Positions 17,977 through 25,744 of a stretch of 52,800 nt of DNA are shown here, one piece after another. The notes beneath the pieces are model-generated. The model saw nothing but the letters and a program-made list of their open reading frames with translations. It did not search any database and had not been told where the DNA came from. The DNA lies in NCBI GenBank assembly GCA_903847415.1, contig CAINDR010000021.1, positions 1-52,800 on the forward strand, read 5' to 3'. The DNA comes from Candidatus Falkowbacteria bacterium. GTDB lineage: Bacteria; Patescibacteriota; Patescibacteriia; Patescibacteriales; UBA12465. The position numbers and the translations under genes were made by a program. Within the stretch, counting starts at the first letter, position 1; each line of letters begins with the position of its first letter.

Positions 17977-18111
17977 TTAAAGCCAAGGTTTTCCAGGGGT
18001 AAAAATACTAATGATATTTGCCATGGTGCCCCCAATTGCCAGAAGACCAGTTTTTTTAATTAGATTTTTTTTGTTTAATTTTTCAATTTTTTTTGTTTTT
18101 TTGTTTTTCAT
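17977..18111 (-). CDS. unannotated 44-aa peptide, putative pheromone precursor (ComX-like)
   Basis: Manual translation MKNKKTKKIEKLNKKNLIKKTGLLAIGGTMANIISIFTPGKPWL*; fills the gap between regulator (30 nt) and kinase (3 nt). Confidence 0.75.
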   Translation of the reverse strand: MKNKKTKKIEKLNKKNLIKKTGLLAIGGTMANIISIFTPGKPWL

Positions 18112-18141
18112 TTTTTTGATTTGTTTGCTTGGTGAAGATTT

Positions 18142-18816
18142 TTATGGTTTTGGAATTTCCAACTTATATCCACGACCGGGCAAAGTGCTAATTATTTTTT
18201 GTTTTTTGTCGTTTAATTTTTTTCTTAATTTTAGAATATGCATTTCGATTGTGTTTGAAAAAGGATCACCATTGATGTCCCAAACTCCCTCCAATAATTT
18301 GGTTCGAGATAAAACTTTCCCCTGATGCTTGACCATGAATTCTAGTAGAGCATATTCTTTTCCAGTTAAGACGACAGTTTTTCCTTTTTTGGTGGCGGAA
18401 AAATTTTCGGGATCAAGGGTGATTTGTCCGCAAGAAAGATTTTTTTCTTCTCTAATAACTGGTCGCCTACCAAGAGCTTGGATGCGAGCTGATAGTTCGG
18501 TCATTGAAAAAGGTTTGGTGAGATAGTCATCTGCTCCAGATTCAAAACTTGCTACTTTGTCATCCAATTCCGTTCGAACGGTGAGCATGATGATTGGCGT
18601 CCAAATTTTTTCTGATCGAATTTCTTTGATTACTTCTAAGCCATTTATCCCTGGCAATAAATAATCCATAATGATAACATCGTAGTCATTGGTTCGAGCC
18701 AGAAAAGAACCTTCTTCGCCATTGCGCGCTGAATCGACAACATGATTTTCCGCTTTTAAAGCTTGAACTAAAAAGGCATTAAGAGCCACCTCATCTTCAA
18801 CAAGCAAAATTTTCAT
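18142..18816 (-). CDS. OmpR/PhoB-family response regulator
   Basis: LLVEDE, IIMDYLLPG, GADDYLTKPF, winged-helix LTGKEYALL...LRKKL...GRGYKL. Confidence 0.95.
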   Translation of the reverse strand: MKILLVEDEVALNAFLVQALKAENHVVDSARNGEEGSFLARTNDYDVIIMDYLLPGINGLEVIKEIRSEKIWTPIIMLTVRTELDDKVASFESGADDYLTKPFSMTELSARIQALGRRPVIREEKNLSCGQITLDPENFSATKKGKTVVLTGKEYALLEFMVKHQGKVLSRTKLLEGVWDINGDPFSNTIEMHILKLRKKLNDKKQKIISTLPGRGYKLEIPKP

Positions 18817-18862
18817 AAAAGAAAAATTAAAGATTAAAATTGTTTTTCAAAAATACTTTTTT

Positions 18863-18898
18863 ATTTTATCACAAGCCAGATAAATAACCGATAAATAA
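18863..18898 (-). promoter_or_regulatory. promoter with tandem OmpR/PhoB-type operator repeats
   Basis: Minus strand TTATTTATC-GG-TTATTTATC (11-bp period), 10 nt spacer, then TAAAAT with extended TG. Confidence 0.6.
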
Positions 18899-18929
18899 AA
18901 TTTTTCATCTGGGTAAAACTTTTTTTCGG

Positions 18930-18958
18930 TTGTTTTTCCTTGATTTACCTGCTATAAT
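18930..18958 (+). promoter_or_regulatory. mrdA promoter
   Basis: TTGTTT-N17-TATAAT with extended TG, 9 nt before the ATG. Confidence 0.55.
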
Positions 18959-18967
18959 CCAAGTATT

Positions 18968-21085
18968 ATGCATAAAAAATGGGCATTTTCCAATAAAGCA
19001 TTATTAGAAAAAGAAAGCAGTCAGGAAAATCCTTTTATTGTGAAAGAGGGTGGTTTTGGTGCTCTCAAGGACTCTTTCTACTACACCGACTGGACCGAAC
19101 ACTCTTTTATTGCTGATCACACCAAGAGCTCAGAAGCAGTTGGCCTCACTTTTGATTTTCGCCGTTTATTTTGGTTGCGTTTAATTTTAGTTTTTTTTAT
19201 TGGAATTCTAATTTTTCGATCAATTTTTCTTCAAATGATTAAAGGTGATTACTATTATGGTTTATCCGAAGGTAATCGTTTGCGCCTAGAAATAATTGAA
19301 CCCAAAAGAGGGATTATTTATGATCGAAATTTGATTCCCCTAGTGCACAACTCTGCCAACTTTGTTCTATATGTAATTCCTCACGATTTACCAAAAGATG
19401 AGGAATCTCGTGATGCTATTTTGCGTCGGATGGTTAACATTCTGGAGATGAATAAAATTCAGAATATCCAAGGCCAGAAAAGTGCTTCCGCCAATTTAAT
19501 TGAAGATAGCCCGCTTTTTTTTCAACTGAAAGATCAGTTGGCAGAAATCAAAATGTCTTCTTTTAAGGCTTATTCTCCTTTTTTCATTGCCGATAATATT
19601 GAGTATGATCAGGCCTTGCGTTTATATCTAGAGTGCAATGGTGAGCCCGGAGTTTTTCTTTCAAATAAAATTCGCCGAACCTATGAGATTTCTGCTCTTG
19701 ATTATAGTTCATCACTATCTCATTTACTTGGTTACACTGGTAAAATCAGTGAGAAAGAGCTCAAGGAACAGCCAGGAAAATACACGCCAATTGATTATCT
19801 CGGCAAATCTGGATTAGAGTATATTTGGGAAAAAGAGTTAAAAGGGATTCCAGGAAGAAAAAGCTCAGAAGTAGATGCAATGGGGAAGCTTAGCAAGGTG
19901 GTCAGCGAAACTGTTGCGGTTGATGGTCTAAATTTAGAATTAGCGATTGATAAAGGTCTGCAACAGCAAAGCGAAATGGTTTTGCGTCGTTATTTAGAAA
20001 AATTAAATCTTAGTTCTGGTTCGATCGTTGCCCTCGATCCTCGCAATGGTGAAGTTTTAGCAATGGTTTCTTTGCCAGCCTATGATAACAATTTGTTTGC
20101 CAAAGGTATTAAGAAAGAGGATTATCAAAAATTTTTAGAAGATCCGGCGATGCCTCTTTTTAATCGCTCAATCTCAGGAGAATATCCTTCGGGCTCAACG
20201 GTAAAAATTGTGGTGGCAACCGCAGCTTTAGAGGAAAATATAATTTCTGAAAGCACCAGCGTCGTTTCATCCGGTGGTTTAACTATCGGTGTTTGGACTT
20301 TTCCAGATTGGAAACCTGGTGGTCATGGAGTGGTTGATGTTCGGAAGGCAATTGCTAATTCGGTAAATACCTTTTTCTACTATATCGGAGGTGGTTATCA
20401 GGGATTTGTTGGTTTAGGCGTTGATCGCCTGGAAAAATATCTTAAAATATTTGGCCTCAATGAAAAAACCGGCATTGACCTTACTGGAGAGCGATCTGGT
20501 TTTGTGCCGAATGCAGACTGGAAAAAACAAACCAAAAAAGAGTCGTGGTATATTGGTGATACCTATCATTTAGCGATTGGGCAGGGAGATTTATTAGTGA
20601 CTCCGATTCAGGTTGCTAATTATACGGCCGCTTTGGCTAATGGTGGTACATTATATCAACCAAGGCTAGTTAAAGCGATTTTAAATGATCAAAATCAGTT
20701 AGTGCGCAGTATTCCGGTGAAAATTATTCGTAGTAATCTGGCTAGTCCTAGTAATTTAGAAATCGTTCGGGAGGGAATGAGGGAGACTGTTGTAAATGGT
20801 AGTGCTCGCAGTCTTCAATCAGTTCCAGTGCCAGTTGCTGGAAAAACAGGAACAGCCCAATGGAGTAGCAAAAAAGATCCGCACGCTTGGTTCTCTGGTT
20901 TTGCACCTTACGACAACCCGCAAATAGCAATTGCTGTCTTAGTTGAAGAGGGGCGAGAAGGGAGCTCGGTTGCTACGCCGATTGCCAAAGAAATTTTAAC
21001 TTGGTATTTTGGTGGTCGCGGTGAAGTAAAACCAGAAGTTATTAATGTCACTCCTTTGATTGCTACTAGTACAATCATTGATTAA
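18968..21085 (+). CDS. mrdA: penicillin-binding protein 2
   Basis: TM anchor, PKRGIIYDRN, GSTVK (SxxK), SVN (SxN), KTGTAQ. Confidence 0.93.
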   Translation: MHKKWAFSNKALLEKESSQENPFIVKEGGFGALKDSFYYTDWTEHSFIADHTKSSEAVGLTFDFRRLFWLRLILVFFIGILIFRSIFLQMIKGDYYYGLSEGNRLRLEIIEPKRGIIYDRNLIPLVHNSANFVLYVIPHDLPKDEESRDAILRRMVNILEMNKIQNIQGQKSASANLIEDSPLFFQLKDQLAEIKMSSFKAYSPFFIADNIEYDQALRLYLECNGEPGVFLSNKIRRTYEISALDYSSSLSHLLGYTGKISEKELKEQPGKYTPIDYLGKSGLEYIWEKELKGIPGRKSSEVDAMGKLSKVVSETVAVDGLNLELAIDKGLQQQSEMVLRRYLEKLNLSSGSIVALDPRNGEVLAMVSLPAYDNNLFAKGIKKEDYQKFLEDPAMPLFNRSISGEYPSGSTVKIVVATAALEENIISESTSVVSSGGLTIGVWTFPDWKPGGHGVVDVRKAIANSVNTFFYYIGGGYQGFVGLGVDRLEKYLKIFGLNEKTGIDLTGERSGFVPNADWKKQTKKESWYIGDTYHLAIGQGDLLVTPIQVANYTAALANGGTLYQPRLVKAILNDQNQLVRSIPVKIIRSNLASPSNLEIVREGMRETVVNGSARSLQSVPVPVAGKTGTAQWSSKKDPHAWFSGFAPYDNPQIAIAVLVEEGREGSSVATPIAKEILTWYFGGRGEVKPEVINVTPLIATSTIID

Positions 21086-21102
21086 CACTTAAATTAATTT
21101 TT

Positions 21103-21615
21103 ATGCCTCTTTGGCTTCATTTATTAACCCATTTTTTATTAGCAGTTCTGGTTGGTCTGATTTTTTGGCGCGCTTCAAAATTGTTTTGGCTCTCATTAAT
21201 AGCCGCAATAATTGGTGGTTTTTTAATTGATGTTGACCACTTAATTGAATACTGGATTGTTTTTCATCGGTTTTCCTGGTTTGGTTTTTTAAATGGTTGG
21301 CAATTTTTGTGGAGTGGAAAAAATTATTTAATTTTTCATGCTTGGGAATATTTACCAATTTTATTATTAGGAGCTTTTTTATTGCGTCGTCGTCAAAAAA
21401 TAGCAGTATTTTTGGCAGTTTTGGCAGCGGCTGGTTTTATTCATTTAGTTACTGATTGCTTTATTAACCAATATTCTCCAAAATTCTATTCTCTTAGCTA
21501 TCGCTTTGTTTATCATTTTTCAGCTCAAGATTTGTTGCCAGCGAGCAACTTGGAGTTAAATAACTATTATTATCAAAAATGGTTTGGCGAGATGGAGCAG
21601 GAGATAAATAAATGA
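21103..21615 (+). CDS. membrane protein, putative metal-dependent hydrolase (YdjM-like)
   Basis: Hydrophobic with HLLTH, IDVDH, FHAWE, HLVTD motifs. Confidence 0.65.
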   Translation: MPLWLHLLTHFLLAVLVGLIFWRASKLFWLSLIAAIIGGFLIDVDHLIEYWIVFHRFSWFGFLNGWQFLWSGKNYLIFHAWEYLPILLLGAFLLRRRQKIAVFLAVLAAAGFIHLVTDCFINQYSPKFYSLSYRFVYHFSAQDLLPASNLELNNYYYQKWFGEMEQEINK

Positions 21616-21733
21616 TATTTAATAAATAGCTAATATTGGATAAATTTATTCTTTTGAAAGTCTTTTCTTTTAAATTGACAACAATAATTGTAGCTATTGA
21701 CAACACTTTGGATAATGCTTTACAATAGATAAT

Positions 21734-22783
21734 ATGAATAATAAAAACAGTAGAATTAAAGAGTTTATTTATAAACATGTATTTGAGCATCCGTCGGATA
21801 TTGCTCTGCTTGTTTCTAATGAATTTGGTTTTTCCCGCCAGAATGCTTTGCGTTATATTTCTAGAGAAGTAAGAGATGGGAAAATTATCAAAGTGGGCAG
21901 AACAAATTCAACCCGTTATTTTGAAGTTGGTGGCAAGAAGATTGAGTTTAATTGTGAGATAAATAAAAATCTTGCAGAAGATCAGGTTTGGTCAAAATAC
22001 ATTAAACCGATGACTTCTGGTTTTAATGATAATATCAAAAGAATTATTGCCTATGGTTTTACGGAAATTTATAACAATGCAATTGATCATTCAGGAGGAA
22101 CAATCATCAATACAAACGTTGAGATAAAAAATAATAACATAGAAATAAGTATTATTGATAACGGAATAGGGATATTTAAAAAAATTCACCAGGCACTCAA
22201 ATTAGATTCTGTTAGAGAGGCGATTCTTCATCTTTCTAAAGGAAAATTCACCACTGACCCTTCAAGGCATTCGGGGGAGGGAATATTCTTTACCTCAAGA
22301 ATATTCACGAAGTTTTCTATTCTTTCTGGTGACCTATTCTATAGTTTTGAGAATCAAGAATGGCTTCTATCTCATGAAAAAGAGGAAAGATTCGGTGACG
22401 GCACTTTAATCAAAATGGTTCTAAACCTCGACGCAACCCACACGTCAAAAGATATTATGGATAAATATGCCGACGTGGATTTTGATATTGGTTTTTGGAA
22501 AACTATTGTTGCGGTTTCATTGAGTTCCAGTCCCGATGACCCACATGTATCAAGGTCGCAAGCAAAAAGACTAATGATGGGATTGGATAAATTTAAAACT
22601 GTTGTCTTGGACTTCAAGAACGTATCTTCAGTTGGACAGGCCTTTGTTGATGAGATATTTAGAGTTTTTAGAAATAATTTTCCTGAAATTTCCATTGAGT
22701 ACATAAATGCCAATCAGGAAGTAGATGAAATGATTAAAAGAGGGTTGACACAAAATAAATTAAGTGGTAATTTTGGGACATAA
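21734..22783 (+). CDS. HTH + GHKL ATPase + STAS-like (DUF4325) protein
   Basis: TEIYNNAIDHS, DNGIGI, HSGEGIFF; C-terminal SRSQAKRL...VLDFKNV..VGQAFVDEIFRVF. Confidence 0.8.
   Translation: MNNKNSRIKEFIYKHVFEHPSDIALLVSNEFGFSRQNALRYISREVRDGKIIKVGRTNSTRYFEVGGKKIEFNCEINKNLAEDQVWSKYIKPMTSGFNDNIKRIIAYGFTEIYNNAIDHSGGTIINTNVEIKNNNIEISIIDNGIGIFKKIHQALKLDSVREAILHLSKGKFTTDPSRHSGEGIFFTSRIFTKFSILSGDLFYSFENQEWLLSHEKEERFGDGTLIKMVLNLDATHTSKDIMDKYADVDFDIGFWKTIVAVSLSSSPDDPHVSRSQAKRLMMGLDKFKTVVLDFKNVSSVGQAFVDEIFRVFRNNFPEISIEYINANQEVDEMIKRGLTQNKLSGNFGT
22745..22773 (+). promoter_or_regulatory. promoter for 22916 gene
   Basis: TTGACA-N17-TAATTT with extended TG. Confidence 0.5.
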
Positions 22784-22811
22784 AAACAGGACTTTAAAAT
22801 CTTAATAATAA

Positions 22812-22874
22812 ACTTTGTTATAGCTGAAAGTAGTCTAATTTTCAAGGATTAGTGATTTTCAGCTGTAGCAAAGT
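22812..22874 (+). other. long leader RNA hairpin
   Basis: ACTTTGTTATAGCTGAAAGT...CTAATTT-TCAA-GGATTAG...ATTTTCAGCTGTAGCAAAGT; most non-Watson-Crick positions are G-U on the + strand. Confidence 0.6.
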
Positions 22875-22915
22875 CAACAAAGATTTGAGAACGGCAAACC
22901 AAAAAAAATACTGTC

Positions 22916-23539
22916 ATGAGTAACGGAAAAGAAGAATCTGTTTTAGACGGAAAAGAAAAATTAACCGACGAGCAACTGGGTAAGTTGCATCGGAAATTCA
23001 GTGAAGTTATTAAAAGAATTAATGAGGGGGTAATAAATTATGAAGATGCCAAGGATGTCCTGCAATTCATTATTGTTGAGGGGAAATCTTCTGATTTTCT
23101 GAAAGTAATAAACAAGACCCATGAAATTCGTGAGATTGAATACCTCATCGATTGTAATGCTCGCCCTTTTATCCCACAAGGATCGACGGTGGAAGTACAC
23201 AAAAAAGGCGGAATGTGGAAATGGAATCCAAATATCTCCTTCTATCTGTCCAAAAAGCAGAAAAAAGGTGGATATTCCAAAGGGAATGATTTACGCAAAG
23301 AACTGGAAAATCAACCAGTGCTTAATGCTAATGTCTTGGATTACCTGCTTGCTCATCCAGAATTAATTCCAGAATCTTGGAAAAGCAAAATAACTTTTTT
23401 CTCGGGCACTATTTATCGCAATTCCGGCAGTAATCTCTTTGTTCGTTACCTCTACTGGCATGGCTTTCGCTGGGACTGGGGCAACGGCTGGCTCGGTTAC
23501 AATTTTAACAGCGATTACCAGGCCGCCCTCGCAAGTTAG
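22916..23539 (+). CDS. hypothetical protein with DGR variable-region-like C-terminus
   Basis: C-terminal VRYLYWHGFRWDWGNGWLGYNFNSDYQAALAS; 38 of the last 44 sense codons end in C/T. Confidence 0.7.
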   Translation: MSNGKEESVLDGKEKLTDEQLGKLHRKFSEVIKRINEGVINYEDAKDVLQFIIVEGKSSDFLKVINKTHEIREIEYLIDCNARPFIPQGSTVEVHKKGGMWKWNPNISFYLSKKQKKGGYSKGNDLRKELENQPVLNANVLDYLLAHPELIPESWKSKITFFSGTIYRNSGSNLFVRYLYWHGFRWDWGNGWLGYNFNSDYQAALAS

Positions 23540-23609
23540 TACTTAGTTCTTTGGCCCTTAGCTTTTTAGCCATCGGTCTTTTACCCTTTGTCCTTTGCGC
23601 TTTGTCCTC

Positions 23610-23650
23610 AAGCTCAGTTTACTTTTAGTAAATTGAGCTTATTTTTTATT
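23610..23650 (+). terminator. hairpin/intrinsic terminator
   Basis: AAGCTCAGTTTAC-TTTTA-GTAAATTGAGCTT-ATTTTTTATT. Confidence 0.7.
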
Positions 23651-23663
23651 CAAAAAACCTTTA

Positions 23664-23690
23664 TTAGCACTCTCTTGACTGGAGTGCTAA
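23664..23690 (+). promoter_or_regulatory. CIRCE operator (HrcA site)
   Basis: Exact TTAGCACTC-N9-GAGTGCTAA upstream of hrcA; -35 TTGACT lies in the spacer and TACAAT follows after 17 nt (23698-23703). Confidence 0.97.
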
Positions 23691-23723
23691 TTTAATATAC
23701 AATAAAAAAGTAAGTCTAAAAAT

Positions 23724-24416
23724 ATGATTTCTGATCGCAAAAAACTGATTTTGCAAACAATTATCAAAGAACATGTGAAAACTGCTCAGCCAGTTTCTTC
23801 AGGTCTTTTGGTTGAGAAGTATAAGCTGGGAGTTTCCACCGCCACTGTTCGCAATGACATGATGGAGCTCGAGGAAGAAGGCTATATCTTTCAACCGCAC
23901 ACTTCAGCTGGTCGAATTCCTACTCCTTTGGCTTATGAAAACGAGGCAAAGACAATTAGCGAGGACGGTAAACATCGGGCCCTGAAAGAAGCCGAGCGTG
24001 TTGCTCTGCAAGAGATTTTTGTTAACAATGAAACCGCTTTTAAGCAAGTCGCCAAATTAATTTCAGAATTTTCTGGTAGTGCAATTTTTTGGGCTTTTCA
24101 TAAAAATAGTTTTTTTCACACCGGTTTGGCTAATTTGTTTTCTCAACCAGAATTTCGTCAAGTGGAAGCGGTTTGTGATGTCTCTGGCGTGATTGATAAA
24201 ATGGAGGAGATTATTAGTAGTTTATTTGAAGAATTACCATTGGGAGCAAAAATTTTAGTCGGCGACCTTAATCCTTTTGGTAATTTTTTAAGCGTTACTT
24301 TATTAAAATATAATAATTCTGGTCAACTGGGTGTTTTTGGAATTTTGAGTCCAATTCGAGCAGATTATTCTCACAATCTCGCGCTAGTTGAATTTTTAGA
24401 GGAACAATTTAAATAA
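23724..24416 (+). CDS. hrcA: heat-inducible transcription repressor (short form)
   Basis: PVSS...STATVRNDM..LEEEGYIFQPHTSAGRIPT; CIRCE upstream. Confidence 0.93.
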   Translation: MISDRKKLILQTIIKEHVKTAQPVSSGLLVEKYKLGVSTATVRNDMMELEEEGYIFQPHTSAGRIPTPLAYENEAKTISEDGKHRALKEAERVALQEIFVNNETAFKQVAKLISEFSGSAIFWAFHKNSFFHTGLANLFSQPEFRQVEAVCDVSGVIDKMEEIISSLFEELPLGAKILVGDLNPFGNFLSVTLLKYNNSGQLGVFGILSPIRADYSHNLALVEFLEEQFK

Positions 24417-24423
24417 TATCTAT

Positions 24424-25224
24424 ATGGAAAAAAAACAAGAAAACAGTATTAAGCTGGCAGCTCATGGTTTTATCTTTAACTCTCAAAATGAGATCTTACT
24501 TCTAAAAGAAAAAGGAGAGGAATTGTGGCTTGGTTTATCGGGAATAATTTCTCAAAACCAGGAACCATTGGAAGTGATCAAGCAAAAAGCCTTGAAGGAG
24601 TTGGATTTAAAAGTAAACAATTTCAAGATTTTTGATACTGGCTTGGTTGGTGATTTGGTAGTTTTGCGTTTTATCGCTAATGATGTTTCTGGCGAGATCA
24701 AGCTAACTGGAAAATATCAGGAATTTGCTTGGTATAGTTTTACTGAAGCTAAAGAATTGAAAAATATTTGTCCGATTGTAAAGAAGAATTTAATTAAAAT
24801 GGAAGCAGAAATTGAGGGTGGTGCAGCGGATCAAAAGTATTTGCGGGCTCTTGCTGATTATCAAAATTTACTTCGTCAACATGCTGCTGATAAAACAAAC
24901 TTTATTAAATTTGCTCTCGCTAATTTTTTAGAAGAAATTTTGCCAGTCTATGATCACTTAAAACTCTCAGTTGCCAGTTTACCAGAAGCAGAAAAAAATA
25001 ATTCCTGGGTGGCAGGCGTCACTTATGTCTTGAAACAATTTAAGGATACCTTGGAGAGTCATGGGATTGAAGAGATCAAGACGGTTGGAGAAAAATTTGA
25101 CCATCACAATATGGAAGCAATGGAAGGTGAAGGTGAAGAGGTAATTAGGGAAGTGATGGCGGGTTATAAGTTAAACGGAAAATTAATTCGCGCCGCCAAG
25201 GTGGTGGTTGGCGAATCAAAATAA
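24424..25224 (+). CDS. grpE: GrpE nucleotide exchange factor with N-terminal Nudix-like domain
   Basis: C-terminal YLRALADYQN...GEKFDH...GYKLNGKLIRAAKVVV; N-terminal ~125 aa Nudix-like. Confidence 0.88.
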   Translation: MEKKQENSIKLAAHGFIFNSQNEILLLKEKGEELWLGLSGIISQNQEPLEVIKQKALKELDLKVNNFKIFDTGLVGDLVVLRFIANDVSGEIKLTGKYQEFAWYSFTEAKELKNICPIVKKNLIKMEAEIEGGAADQKYLRALADYQNLLRQHAADKTNFIKFALANFLEEILPVYDHLKLSVASLPEAEKNNSWVAGVTYVLKQFKDTLESHGIEEIKTVGEKFDHHNMEAMEGEGEEVIREVMAGYKLNGKLIRAAKVVVGESK

Positions 25225-25290
25225 TAATATTTTTTTTGTTTATTATTTTAATCTTAGAATTAAAACTTAAACAAAGAAATTTTAAAAAAT

Positions 25291-25713
25291 ATGTCATTAA
25301 TCAAATGGACTCCATTCTTCTCTGATGATGAAATGGACAAAGCCTTCGGCGATTTTCTGCCAGCAGTGCGTGGTGATCAATTTGGTTTCACGCCAGCGGT
25401 AGATATGTATGAAGACAAGGATAATATTATTATCGAAACACAATTAGCGGGAATTGATCCCGAAAAAGTGGATATTTCTATCGAAAACAATGTTCTTTGT
25501 TTGAAGGGAGAAAGTGAAAAGAAAAGCGAAGTTGATGACAAAAATTATTATCGCAAAGAAATTCGTCGGGGTTCTTTTTATCGCAGTATCGCCCTTCCTT
25601 CTAAAGTGGATAGCGATAAGGCGGTCGCAACAAATGAAGGCGGATTACTAAAAATTGTTATCCCCAAGGCAGCTGAATTAAAAGCGAAAAAAATTGAAAT
25701 TCAGAAAAAATAA
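25291..25713 (+). CDS. Hsp20/alpha-crystallin small heat shock protein
   Basis: PAVDMYE, EIRRGSFYRSIALP, GLLKIVIPK. Confidence 0.93.
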   Translation: MSLIKWTPFFSDDEMDKAFGDFLPAVRGDQFGFTPAVDMYEDKDNIIIETQLAGIDPEKVDISIENNVLCLKGESEKKSEVDDKNYYRKEIRRGSFYRSIALPSKVDSDKAVATNEGGLLKIVIPKAAELKAKKIEIQKK

Positions 25714-25744
25714 TTATTAATAAAAAATTTAACTAATAAAAATT

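Noticed and set aside
18011-18325. 104-aa Phe-rich plus-strand ORF
   Set aside because: Antisense shadow of the Lys-rich peptide and the regulator 3' end; poly-T gives the Phe content.
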